Source: Fidelibacterota bacterium
GTDB lineage: Bacteria > Fidelibacterota > UBA2242 > JAFGTP01
Direction: 5' to 3'
DNA length: 37,877 nt
NCBI GenBank assembly: GCA_021734005.1
Contig: JAIPJV010000001.1
Span: forward strand, 1-37,877
Shown piece after piece: positions 7,668-16,027 of this stretch. The notes beneath the pieces are model-generated. The model did not search any database and was not told where the DNA came from. It saw only the letters and a program-made list of their open reading frames with translations. The translations under genes and the position numbers were made by a program. Positions within the stretch are counted from its first letter, which is position 1. Each line of letters begins with the position of its first letter.

Positions 7668-7972
7668 GAGGAAAAAAAGGTCTCTGAGCACAAAAATACC
7701 CTTGTTTTTGTTTAATAACTAACTTTTTTGCACAGATTTGAAACCAAATTAATTATCAGTCAATGTGACTGACCTGGCGGAGCCATGCCTGGGTTATTTA
7801 TTAATAGTTTTTTACATAATGTAAACAAATGAAAATGACGATGAAATATGAATTTCGTAAAACAAAGTAAAACAATAGTTAAGCAGGGTTAATATTTTGG
7901 TTATAATTTATTGTTGATCAAAAATAAAATGTTATGTTTCAAGTGTTGTTGACATTAAAATAAAAATAACAC

Positions 7973-8024
7973 TTGACAATCTTTTTGATTAATGGTATCT
8001 TTTATGTGTGAAAACGATTGTTCA
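7973..8024 (+). promoter_or_regulatory. candidate promoter plus LacI-type operator directly upstream of the LacI-family gene (P2)
   Basis: TTGACA (7973-7978), 17-nt spacer, TATCTT (7996-8001), 8 nt, then GAAAACGATTGTTCA (8010-8024). The site has outer GAA...TTC symmetry and an AACG core, reminiscent of LacI/PurR/RbsR-type operators. It lies about 45 nt upstream of the regulator start. Confidence 0.5.
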
Positions 8025-8066
8025 AGGTTAATTGAAATTACCCCATAATTTTTGAAAGGTGCTAAT

Positions 8067-9080
8067 TTGGTTACATTAGATGATATTGCAAAAAAGGCTG
8101 GTTTTTCAGTATCTACTGTATCTCGAGTTTTAAACGGGAAGGCTAAAAGATACAGGATAAGTGATAAAACACAAGAGATCGTTAATAAAATAGCTAAAGA
8201 TTTAAATTATCAACCAAATCAGCTTGCGCGTGGTTTGCGTTTAAAAAAAACCCATACAATCGGTCTAGTACTTCCTGATATTTCCAATCCATTTTTTGCC
8301 CATGTCGCCCGCATTATCCAGACAGAAATATATGAACAGGGCTATATTATAATAGTTTGTAATACTGATGAGAATCAAGAAAAAGAGATTGAACAGGTTA
8401 GATTGCTCCGCAGTAAGGGGGTTGATGGTTTCCTCATAATGCCTGTTGGGTTAAGATATGATCATATTGAAGAATTACTAGAGAGTGATATACCTTTGGT
8501 CCTTCTGGATCGTTGTTTTGATGCATTGAATACTAATTCTGTTATAGTTGATAATTATATTGGCACTTATAGGGCTGTTGAATATTTAATTCAAAAAGGA
8601 CATAGAAGAATTGCGATTATTCAGGGTCTGCCTAGAACATCGACTAATACAAAACGTTTGGAAGGATATGAGGACGCATTAAAAAAACATGATATTGCTA
8701 TTGATGAAAAACTGATAGTTGGTAAAGATTTTCGAGAGGATAACGGATATATTGAAAGCAAGTTTTTATTGAATTTATCTAATCCCCCAACAGCAATTTT
8801 TTGTACTAGTGATTTGATTACGCTTGGAACTTTAAAGGCGATTCATGAAGAAAAATTGACAATTCCGAATGATATTTCTATCATTTCTTTTGATGATTTT
8901 GATTTTGCGCCCTATCTTGGTACACCTCTAACAGCAGTTAGTCAACCTAAACAGATGATGGGTAAAATGGCTGTGAAACAGCTTATGGAAGATATTAATG
9001 GAAATGGTGATCAAGAAAAAAATCATATCGTATTAAAACCCACTTTGAATATCCGGCAGTCCGTAAAAACATTAAATTAA
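8067..9080 (+). CDS. LacI-family transcriptional regulator
   Basis: N-terminal helix-turn-helix (HTH) motif TLDDIAKKAGFSVSTVSRVLNG, followed by a periplasmic-binding-protein-like sugar-sensor fold pattern (GLVLPDISNPFF, VDGFLIMP, RRIAIIQG). The ORF track starts at TTG 8052; TTG 8067 (MVTLDDIA...) sits 5 nt after a gaaaggtg RBS and fits family N-termini better. Confidence 0.9.
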   Translation: MVTLDDIAKKAGFSVSTVSRVLNGKAKRYRISDKTQEIVNKIAKDLNYQPNQLARGLRLKKTHTIGLVLPDISNPFFAHVARIIQTEIYEQGYIIIVCNTDENQEKEIEQVRLLRSKGVDGFLIMPVGLRYDHIEELLESDIPLVLLDRCFDALNTNSVIVDNYIGTYRAVEYLIQKGHRRIAIIQGLPRTSTNTKRLEGYEDALKKHDIAIDEKLIVGKDFREDNGYIESKFLLNLSNPPTAIFCTSDLITLGTLKAIHEEKLTIPNDISIISFDDFDFAPYLGTPLTAVSQPKQMMGKMAVKQLMEDINGNGDQEKNHIVLKPTLNIRQSVKTLN

Positions 9081-9183
9081 GTCGGGAAAGAATCTTTCGA
9101 ACCTAACAAGAAAATTTTTGAGGTCTATATATTTTAAATCTTTTAAGCTAAACTGTTACATTTTATTTGGGGGGTAGAATTTC

Positions 9184-10518
9184 ATGTATAAAGAGAAAAT
9201 TGTAGTTATACTAATAATTAGTTTATTATTGTTAAATATAGACTGCGGGCAGAATACAAAGCAAAGAAAAGAGGATGGTAAAGTTACTATAACATTCTGG
9301 CATAGTTTTGTGGCTTCAACCATTCCTGCATTAAAAGATTTGATAAAAGAATTCGAAAAAGAACATCCTAATATTAATATCAAAGCTCAATATGTTCCTT
9401 CTGGTGATGCTCTTATACAGAAGTTAATAACTGCTATTCAGAGTAATACTGCGCCGGATATATCCTGGATTCATTCCCATTTTCTTCCTGATCTAGTCGA
9501 TGCAAAAGCTATTTATAATATGGAGGAATTTGTAAATGGTAAAAATGGGTTGTCCGAACAAACCTATAATAATATTTATGAACCCTTAATTCAATATGCT
9601 TCTTTGAGAGATACATTATATAGCATACCCATGGAGGCTACCAATCTTGCTTTTCTTTATAATAAGAAAATGTTCCGGGAGGTTGATCTAGATGATAGCA
9701 AAGCTCCTCAAAATTGGGGACAGTTACGTAAATATGCCAAATTACTTACCAAGGATAAAGATAATAATGGAGAGTACGATCAAATGGGGCTCTTTTTACC
9801 AATTTATCCAGCCTCAGGGTCACTTAGTGGCTGGATGGTTTGGCAGTGGTTCCCCTTCTTATGGCAGGCAGGAGGACACATCGTAAGCAAAGATCAATCC
9901 CATGTGCTTTATAACAGTACAGCGGGTGTAAAAGCGCTAAATTTATGGAAAGATATTTATAACGAACTTGACCTGGAAAAATTTACTTCTGATTATGATA
10001 TTGCCTTTGCTTCTGAACGTTTGTCAATGGCAATGGATGGCCCCTGGAATCTACCTCGTTATAATCGTCTTTTGAAAGATCTTGATTGGACTTTCGCTCC
10101 TTTGCCGGAAGGCCCTGAAAAAAAAGCAACAATCGTGGGCGGCGAATACCTAGTTATTTTTAAACAAAGTGATTATCCTGATGAAGCCTGGAGTTTTATA
10201 AAATGGATAATACAACCTGAAGTGCAAGCCAAATGGGCTATGAAATCAGGTTATTTGCCGGTTAGAAGAGATGTTGAGAAGGTACCGGAGTTTAAAGAAT
10301 ATCTAAAAAATAACCCCAATTTCAAAGTCTTTATAGACCAGATGGAATTTGCTCAGGTTCAAAGAAAGATTGATTATCATGGGCTACAGATAACCAGGCA
10401 TATTGCCCAGGCTATTGAAGAGGCTACTCTGGGTGGAGAAGATCCTCAAGTGACTCTAGACAGAGCTGCAAAAAAATCTAATGCGCTTTTACAATCAGTA
10501 CCGAAAAATGAGAAATGA
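9184..10518 (+). CDS. ABC transporter sugar-binding lipoprotein (CUT1 / solute-binding protein family 1)
   Basis: 444 aa. Signal peptide with lipobox-like LLLNIDC. The TFWHSF...IPALKDLIKEFEKEHPNI...V start and overall pattern are typical of MalE/UgpB-like binding proteins. Its stop overlaps the next gene start (ATGA). Confidence 0.85.
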   Translation: MYKEKIVVILIISLLLLNIDCGQNTKQRKEDGKVTITFWHSFVASTIPALKDLIKEFEKEHPNINIKAQYVPSGDALIQKLITAIQSNTAPDISWIHSHFLPDLVDAKAIYNMEEFVNGKNGLSEQTYNNIYEPLIQYASLRDTLYSIPMEATNLAFLYNKKMFREVDLDDSKAPQNWGQLRKYAKLLTKDKDNNGEYDQMGLFLPIYPASGSLSGWMVWQWFPFLWQAGGHIVSKDQSHVLYNSTAGVKALNLWKDIYNELDLEKFTSDYDIAFASERLSMAMDGPWNLPRYNRLLKDLDWTFAPLPEGPEKKATIVGGEYLVIFKQSDYPDEAWSFIKWIIQPEVQAKWAMKSGYLPVRRDVEKVPEFKEYLKNNPNFKVFIDQMEFAQVQRKIDYHGLQITRHIAQAIEEATLGGEDPQVTLDRAAKKSNALLQSVPKNEK

Positions 10519-11432
10519 CAATGAAACAATCTGCTAATAATCCGCTCAACTCCAAAAAAGAAAGAAAAAACTTATATACAGGTTTAGCATTTTTAGCTCC
10601 AACTTTGGTTATTTTTACAACATTCATTTTATTTCCTGTATTCTTTTCATTTTTTCTTAGTTTCCATAAATGGAATATGTTCAGTGCCAATAAATCATTT
10701 ATTGGCTTATCGAATTATATAAAATTATTCTCAGACCCTGAATTCTGGCGTGTTTTGAAACATACAGTAATCTACACTTTTGGTACTGTACCTCTTAATA
10801 TGCTGTTTGCATTACTGGTTGCTATAGTTTTAAATCAAAAAATTGCTGGCAAGAAATTTTTACGAACCGCCTTCTTCACTCCAGTCATAATTTCTCCTGT
10901 TGCAGCAGCATTAATATGGCGCTGGATCTATGATCCTAATCTGGGATTATTAAATTATTTTACTGGTCTTTTAGGTATACCTGCAATTAATTGGCTAAAT
11001 GATCCTTCTGCGGCAATGTTTGCTATAATCATTATGGGAGTTTGGAAAACTTTTGGAATTAATATGGTTCTTTTTTCAGCAGGTTTGCAGGCCATACCTG
11101 ACAGTTATTACGAAGCGGCTGATATTGATGGCGCAAGTACCTGGTCTAAATTTAGACATATTACCCTTCCAATGTTAAGCCCTACTACTTTTTTCATTAT
11201 GATAATGTCTATGATAAGTTCTTTTCAAGTATTTGATATTGTTTATGTCCTGACTTCGGGAGGTCCGCTTGGATCGACGAAAGTCATGGTATTCTATATG
11301 TATGAAAAAGCGTTCAAGTTCTTTGAAATGGGATATGCATCAGCAGTTGCTTATATCTTTTTTGCAATTCTGGCTGCATTATGTTTGTTACAGGTCAAAT
11401 ATATGCGTACAAAAATTTATGAGGTAACATGA
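10515..11432 (+). CDS. ABC sugar transporter permease (MalF/UgpA-like)
   Basis: 305 aa with multiple transmembrane segments. EAA-loop motif YYEAADIDGASTWSKFRHITLPML. ATGA overlaps on both sides. Confidence 0.9.
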   Translation: MTMKQSANNPLNSKKERKNLYTGLAFLAPTLVIFTTFILFPVFFSFFLSFHKWNMFSANKSFIGLSNYIKLFSDPEFWRVLKHTVIYTFGTVPLNMLFALLVAIVLNQKIAGKKFLRTAFFTPVIISPVAAALIWRWIYDPNLGLLNYFTGLLGIPAINWLNDPSAAMFAIIIMGVWKTFGINMVLFSAGLQAIPDSYYEAADIDGASTWSKFRHITLPMLSPTTFFIMIMSMISSFQVFDIVYVLTSGGPLGSTKVMVFYMYEKAFKFFEMGYASAVAYIFFAILAALCLLQVKYMRTKIYEVT

Positions 11433-12274
11433 TTTCTAATAACTCTAGTAGGTATTTTAATATTAGCAAAAAGGTCTTGATGCATGTAATTATTTATGCA
11501 CTGGCAATTGTAACTGTGGCTCCTTTTATTTGGATGCTCCTTACATCTGTAAAAGGTATGGAAGAGATTTTTACCTATCCACCAAAATGGATACCCTCTG
11601 AAATACATTTAGAAAATTATAAAGAAGCCTTCCAGGCTGCACCTTTTGGACACTATTATCTGAATAGTCTGGCAGTTGCTATAACGGTTACGATCGGACA
11701 ATTAATAACTTGTTCATTGGCTGCCTATGCGTTTGCCCGTTTAGAATTTTGGGGCCGTGATGTCCTCTTTTATATTTTTCTTGGAACAATGATGATACCT
11801 TATCAGGTAACTATGATTCCAAGTTTTATGGTGCTCCACTGGTTGGGATGGGTTGATACTTATAAGGCTTTGATTGTCCCGGGACTAGCTTCAGCTTTTG
11901 GAACTTTTTTGTTAAGGCAGTTTTTTCTAACCATACCGAAAGAATTGGAAGAAGCCGCATATATTGATGGATGTAGCCGGTTTAAAGTGCTCTGGCGCAT
12001 TATCATTCCACTGTCCAAACCTGCTCTGGCCTCCCTTGGTATATTTACTTTTATGGCTGCTTTTAACAATTTTATGTGGCCTTTGATTGTCACCAATTCT
12101 GAAGCACTGCGCACTGTCCCACTTGGGCTAGCTATCTTCAGGGATAGATACTTAACCGACTGGGATCTCTTAATGGCAGGTTCAGTAACTGCAACTTTGC
12201 CAATATTAATTGTATTTTTCTTTGCACAAAAATACTTTATTAAAGGGATCACATTAAGTGGTATTAAGGGATAA
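11429..12274 (+). CDS. ABC sugar transporter permease (MalG/UgpE-like)
   Basis: 281 aa. EAA-loop motif EEAAYIDGCSRFKVLWRIIIPLSKPAL. Six hydrophobic segments. Confidence 0.9.
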   Translation: MISNNSSRYFNISKKVLMHVIIYALAIVTVAPFIWMLLTSVKGMEEIFTYPPKWIPSEIHLENYKEAFQAAPFGHYYLNSLAVAITVTIGQLITCSLAAYAFARLEFWGRDVLFYIFLGTMMIPYQVTMIPSFMVLHWLGWVDTYKALIVPGLASAFGTFLLRQFFLTIPKELEEAAYIDGCSRFKVLWRIIIPLSKPALASLGIFTFMAAFNNFMWPLIVTNSEALRTVPLGLAIFRDRYLTDWDLLMAGSVTATLPILIVFFFAQKYFIKGITLSGIKG

Positions 12275-13622
12275 GATATATCAAATTTGCATTGTTTCTT
12301 TTCTGATCGGGATCGGTATTTTGTTCGCCCAGTCCGATATTTCTGATACTCCGATTTCCAGTAAAGGTGACATGCAATTTTATATTGACAGGACTTCATA
12401 TCGTGGTAATAATGGTAATAATAAAACTGAATTTTATTTAATGCTTTTCGCAGACCAGTTAGAATATGATAAAGATACTGCCGAATTTAAAGTAACTACT
12501 CATTTAGAGAACAGTACTGGTAAAATTGTTTTTTCTAATAGCTGGAAGAAGAAAGCATTACTACCACAAGACGCAGAAGGAATCGGAAATTTAGCCCTTT
12601 ATGATCAATGGTATCAAATATTAAAGCCCGGCCAATATGAAGGCCACGTAATGATTGAAGGACAAAATTCCGGGAAAAAGGGCCAAGCTGTATTTAATTT
12701 AAAGATACCCAACCTTAAAGCTAATATTAGTCAGGTTCAATTTGCTTCTGGTGTAGGGGAGAGCAATACTATACCTGAAGATCAGTTGGGAAATTTTAAT
12801 AAAAGTGGGAGAAAAGTCTATCCAAACCCTTCTCGAAGATATGGAATTTTAAATCCAACCTTATATATTTATTATGAGCTATATGAACTTAATAATATTC
12901 CAGGTGATTCTATTACAGTTCAATACTCATTGATTAATAGCAATGATAAAAAAGTTGTTAAAATACACCCTCCAATGAATATTGGTATAAAAGATGAAGA
13001 TTTAAGCATAATTCATGGATTAAAAGTTGCTAATGTTCCCTCTGGAATATACTATTTAACCATAAAAGTGTTAAATAAAAATAGGGAAGAGATTGTCTCT
13101 AATTCCCGCAAGCTTGAAATTATCCAAAAAGATTATTTTAATAAAACTACATCATTAACTGAAGAGAAACTGCAAATTTTTGGTAATCTGTTAAAGCATC
13201 TATCTTCATCTAAAATATATCAAAATTATGAAAATATGAATCCAGAAACGAAGACCAACTTCTTAGCAAGATTTTTTAGTAATAAGGATCCCAATCCTGA
13301 TACTCCGCAAAATGAATATGTTAGTGAATTATTAAATCGTTATCAGAATGCTAATAGAAACTTCTCATGGGCGAATAGAGAAGGATGGAATACGGATCGA
13401 GGCCGAGTCTTGATTAAGTATGGAATCCCTGATGAAATAGAAAAGCATGATTTCGAACTTGATCAGGATCCCTATCATGTCTGGTTATATCGACGAGAAC
13501 GGATTATCAGATTTGTTTTTGGGGATTTGCAAGGGAATGGACGGTTTATATTATTGCATTCAAATCTTGAGGAAGAGGTCCAAAATTACAATTGGCAGGA
13601 AAGATTAAAAAATACATTTTAA
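12258..13622 (+). CDS. GWxTD domain-containing secreted protein
   Basis: GTG start overlapping the permease 3' end by 17 nt. Signal peptide. The C-terminal region contains REGWNTDRGRVLIKYGIPDEIE...YHVWLY...FVFGDLQGNGRFILLHSN, which fits the GWxTD domain pattern of FCB-group bacteria. Confidence 0.8.
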   Translation: MVLRDKIYQICIVSFLIGIGILFAQSDISDTPISSKGDMQFYIDRTSYRGNNGNNKTEFYLMLFADQLEYDKDTAEFKVTTHLENSTGKIVFSNSWKKKALLPQDAEGIGNLALYDQWYQILKPGQYEGHVMIEGQNSGKKGQAVFNLKIPNLKANISQVQFASGVGESNTIPEDQLGNFNKSGRKVYPNPSRRYGILNPTLYIYYELYELNNIPGDSITVQYSLINSNDKKVVKIHPPMNIGIKDEDLSIIHGLKVANVPSGIYYLTIKVLNKNREEIVSNSRKLEIIQKDYFNKTTSLTEEKLQIFGNLLKHLSSSKIYQNYENMNPETKTNFLARFFSNKDPNPDTPQNEYVSELLNRYQNANRNFSWANREGWNTDRGRVLIKYGIPDEIEKHDFELDQDPYHVWLYRRERIIRFVFGDLQGNGRFILLHSNLEEEVQNYNWQERLKNTF

Positions 13623-13653
13623 TAAAAAGGTTATGCCAGCAATGAGGGAAGGA

Positions 13654-14604
13654 ATGAAAAAATTATTAAATTTAATGTTTAAATTTTTCATGATTTTGTC
13701 TCTCCTATTTATGGTTCTTTGTGAAGAGGACAAATCGACATTAGCTCCCTACGAGGGACAAACTTATTTGTCAGAGATTACTATCGAAAAAAAGACGTTA
13801 TCGCCAAAGTTTACCTGGCTTGGAGGATACATATCTGCTTTTGGAATTAACCGAGGCCAAGAAGCGGCCCTTGATTCTACCCTTCAATGGTTAGTACATA
13901 CTGATGGGAATAATCTGAGATATCCACTTGAATATGGAGTTGTTCCTGAAGGAGCGGTTGATTTGACCAGTCAATATGGTGGTGAGTTTGAGAGTTTAAT
14001 TGAGGATAGTAATTTTACATTTTGGGTAGTTAAAGCAGAAGGCTGGGATACTATAAAAAATAATACTGGTAAAACCCTGCTTCAGACTGAGATTGATTCT
14101 GCGAAAGAAAGTAATCAGGATACGCTTTTTATTGACAATTATAATTATCTGAAAAAGAGCTTTAGAATTGATATATATACAAATATCGATACTAATAGTA
14201 TAAAACTGAGAGGTGGTCTAGCAAAGATAAATTTAATAGAAACTGATACAAGTAATAGTCCTGTTGTTACCTGGGAAATAATTGACGATGATTTTAATGA
14301 TTCTCTAATATCTGCAACTGGTATATGTGAAGGTGTATCCTATGATCCTACTAAAATTGTTTGGGAAGCCTGGTCGGTGGATACGGTAGATGGTGAAACA
14401 ATGTATGGAAGTAAAAATGTCATTCGCCAACCTCTGATAATGGGGCAAGATCTTCCTGGTACACGAGTCTTTACCCAATTTCCGGAGCAAGGGTTGGAAA
14501 GAAATAAAAATTATCTATTTTGGATTGCAGGCGAGGGGTGGAATGGAGAAGACCATTTGAGGTTTACTAAGTATCATGCCTATATCACATTTCAAACCTG
14601 GTAA
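13654..14604 (+). CDS. hypothetical lipoprotein
   Basis: The ORF track starts at 13633. ATG 13654 (MKKLLNLMFKFFMILSLLFMVLCEED, lipobox-like MVLC) follows a gagggaagga RBS. No family recognised. Confidence 0.6.
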   Translation: MKKLLNLMFKFFMILSLLFMVLCEEDKSTLAPYEGQTYLSEITIEKKTLSPKFTWLGGYISAFGINRGQEAALDSTLQWLVHTDGNNLRYPLEYGVVPEGAVDLTSQYGGEFESLIEDSNFTFWVVKAEGWDTIKNNTGKTLLQTEIDSAKESNQDTLFIDNYNYLKKSFRIDIYTNIDTNSIKLRGGLAKINLIETDTSNSPVVTWEIIDDDFNDSLISATGICEGVSYDPTKIVWEAWSVDTVDGETMYGSKNVIRQPLIMGQDLPGTRVFTQFPEQGLERNKNYLFWIAGEGWNGEDHLRFTKYHAYITFQTW

Positions 14605-14634
14605 AGTGATATTTAATGAATGGAGGAACCAAAA

Positions 14635-15939
14635 GTGTATATCAGTAAAAAATTATTTCTAATTTCAACAATATTTATATCAACAATCTATTTTATCTTT
14701 GCCGGCTCTTCAGACATGGAACCGGTTACAAGTGGGAAATCACTGGCCTTAGGTGGATATTACTTTGCTGGCACAGATGACATAACTTCGGCTTTTAATA
14801 ATCCTGCTAGAATCATGGATTTTACTAAAAATGGTTTTGCTTTTAATATAACCGGCAGGTCTGGTCGTCAGAAATGCAGACAGAGCGAAAACGATCTGCA
14901 CCGTTCATTTATTAGTACTGATTACAGTGGGGCAGCAGGTTTATACTGGATACCATCCTCCAGTTTGGGTTTTGCCCTTGTTTATAATCGAGCAGCTGAT
15001 TACTCTCTTGATTGGCCATGGGCAATCAGTTTTGATCAAAGTGGAACCGAGCGTCTGTATGGATTTCATGTAACAGCTCAGAAGAGAATTGATGTAATTT
15101 CACCAATAGCAGGATTTCGTTTTGGACCACTTGGAATTGGAGTATCGGCCAATTTATACAGAGTGAATAATGAATTTGGATTTCCTGTTGGAAATTATGA
15201 CTGGGAAACTAATCAGGCTGATCCAGTTTATCTGATGGAAATGAATATGCAGGGAAATGCAATAGGCTGGAGTATAGGATTTAACTATGCATTTAATTCC
15301 AATTTTAAAGTAGGCGGCAGTCTAAGAAGCGGCTTTTCACAAAAACTTGATGGCGATGCTAAGAATGATATGTTTTTTGAACTCGATAGTCTGGCAGAAA
15401 CTACAGGTATTGAAAGTGATTTTGAAATGCCTCTAACTGGTGGCATGGGAATTTTATATAAAATCAACAAGAATTTATCTATTAACCTGGATTTTATCAC
15501 TCAACTGTGGGGTAATACTATTACTAGTTATGAATTTAATTATAATGATACAGCCTGGGTAAATAGAATGCCTAAAGCATCAAAGGATAGCCTTACCGGG
15601 TATTATTGGACGGATATGCCAGTCGATTTCAAGAATAATTTTGAGATAGCAATTGGATTAGAATATAAGGCGAATAATGATATGCATTATCGTTTTGGAT
15701 ATCGCTATAGCAAAACTCCTAATTCAGAGCAAACTTATAGCCTTTTATACCCCGATGTTAATCAACATTGGTTCTCTACAGGTATTGGGTTTGAATATGA
15801 AAATTATTTAATTGATATGAGTTGTGCATATTCGAATGGAATTGAAAATGATATAAAAGAAAACAACGATTCATATTTTTATGGCAAATATGATAATTGG
15901 AGTCTTTTACCTTCGATTAATATTGAATATAAATTTTAA
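14635..15939 (+). CDS. outer-membrane beta-barrel protein, FadL/OmpP1-like
   Basis: The ORF track starts at ATG 14620. GTG 14635 lies 8 nt after GGAGG and yields a clean signal peptide (MYISKKLFLISTIFISTIYFIFA). N-terminal GKSLALGGYYFAGTDDITSAFNNPA pattern, alternating beta-strand sequence, C-terminal ...INIEYKF. Confidence 0.65.
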   Translation: MYISKKLFLISTIFISTIYFIFAGSSDMEPVTSGKSLALGGYYFAGTDDITSAFNNPARIMDFTKNGFAFNITGRSGRQKCRQSENDLHRSFISTDYSGAAGLYWIPSSSLGFALVYNRAADYSLDWPWAISFDQSGTERLYGFHVTAQKRIDVISPIAGFRFGPLGIGVSANLYRVNNEFGFPVGNYDWETNQADPVYLMEMNMQGNAIGWSIGFNYAFNSNFKVGGSLRSGFSQKLDGDAKNDMFFELDSLAETTGIESDFEMPLTGGMGILYKINKNLSINLDFITQLWGNTITSYEFNYNDTAWVNRMPKASKDSLTGYYWTDMPVDFKNNFEIAIGLEYKANNDMHYRFGYRYSKTPNSEQTYSLLYPDVNQHWFSTGIGFEYENYLIDMSCAYSNGIENDIKENNDSYFYGKYDNWSLLPSINIEYKF

Positions 15940-16027
15940 TAGAAATTGAAACGAAAGGAGGGGGGTTGATTAAAAGAAGACTATTAGTAGTAAGTGGTGT
16001 ATTTAATAATTTAAAGAGGAGGTTAAG

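Noticed and set aside
7829-7870. A 13-codon mini-ORF (MKMTMKYEFRKTK) between the two promoter-operator copies, considered as a leader peptide.
   Set aside because: There is no RBS and no adjacent attenuator-like alternative hairpins. Such short ORFs are expected by chance in AT-rich DNA.
9156-9383. A 75-aa minus-strand ORF overlapping the start of the sugar-binding protein gene.
   Set aside because: It is antisense to a strongly supported gene and has no recognisable motifs or RBS.
11860-12399. A 179-aa minus-strand ORF, the longest antisense ORF in the window.
   Set aside because: It lies entirely opposite the second permease and the GWxTD gene start. The + strand genes have clear family motifs and translational coupling, and the antisense translation has no recognisable features.
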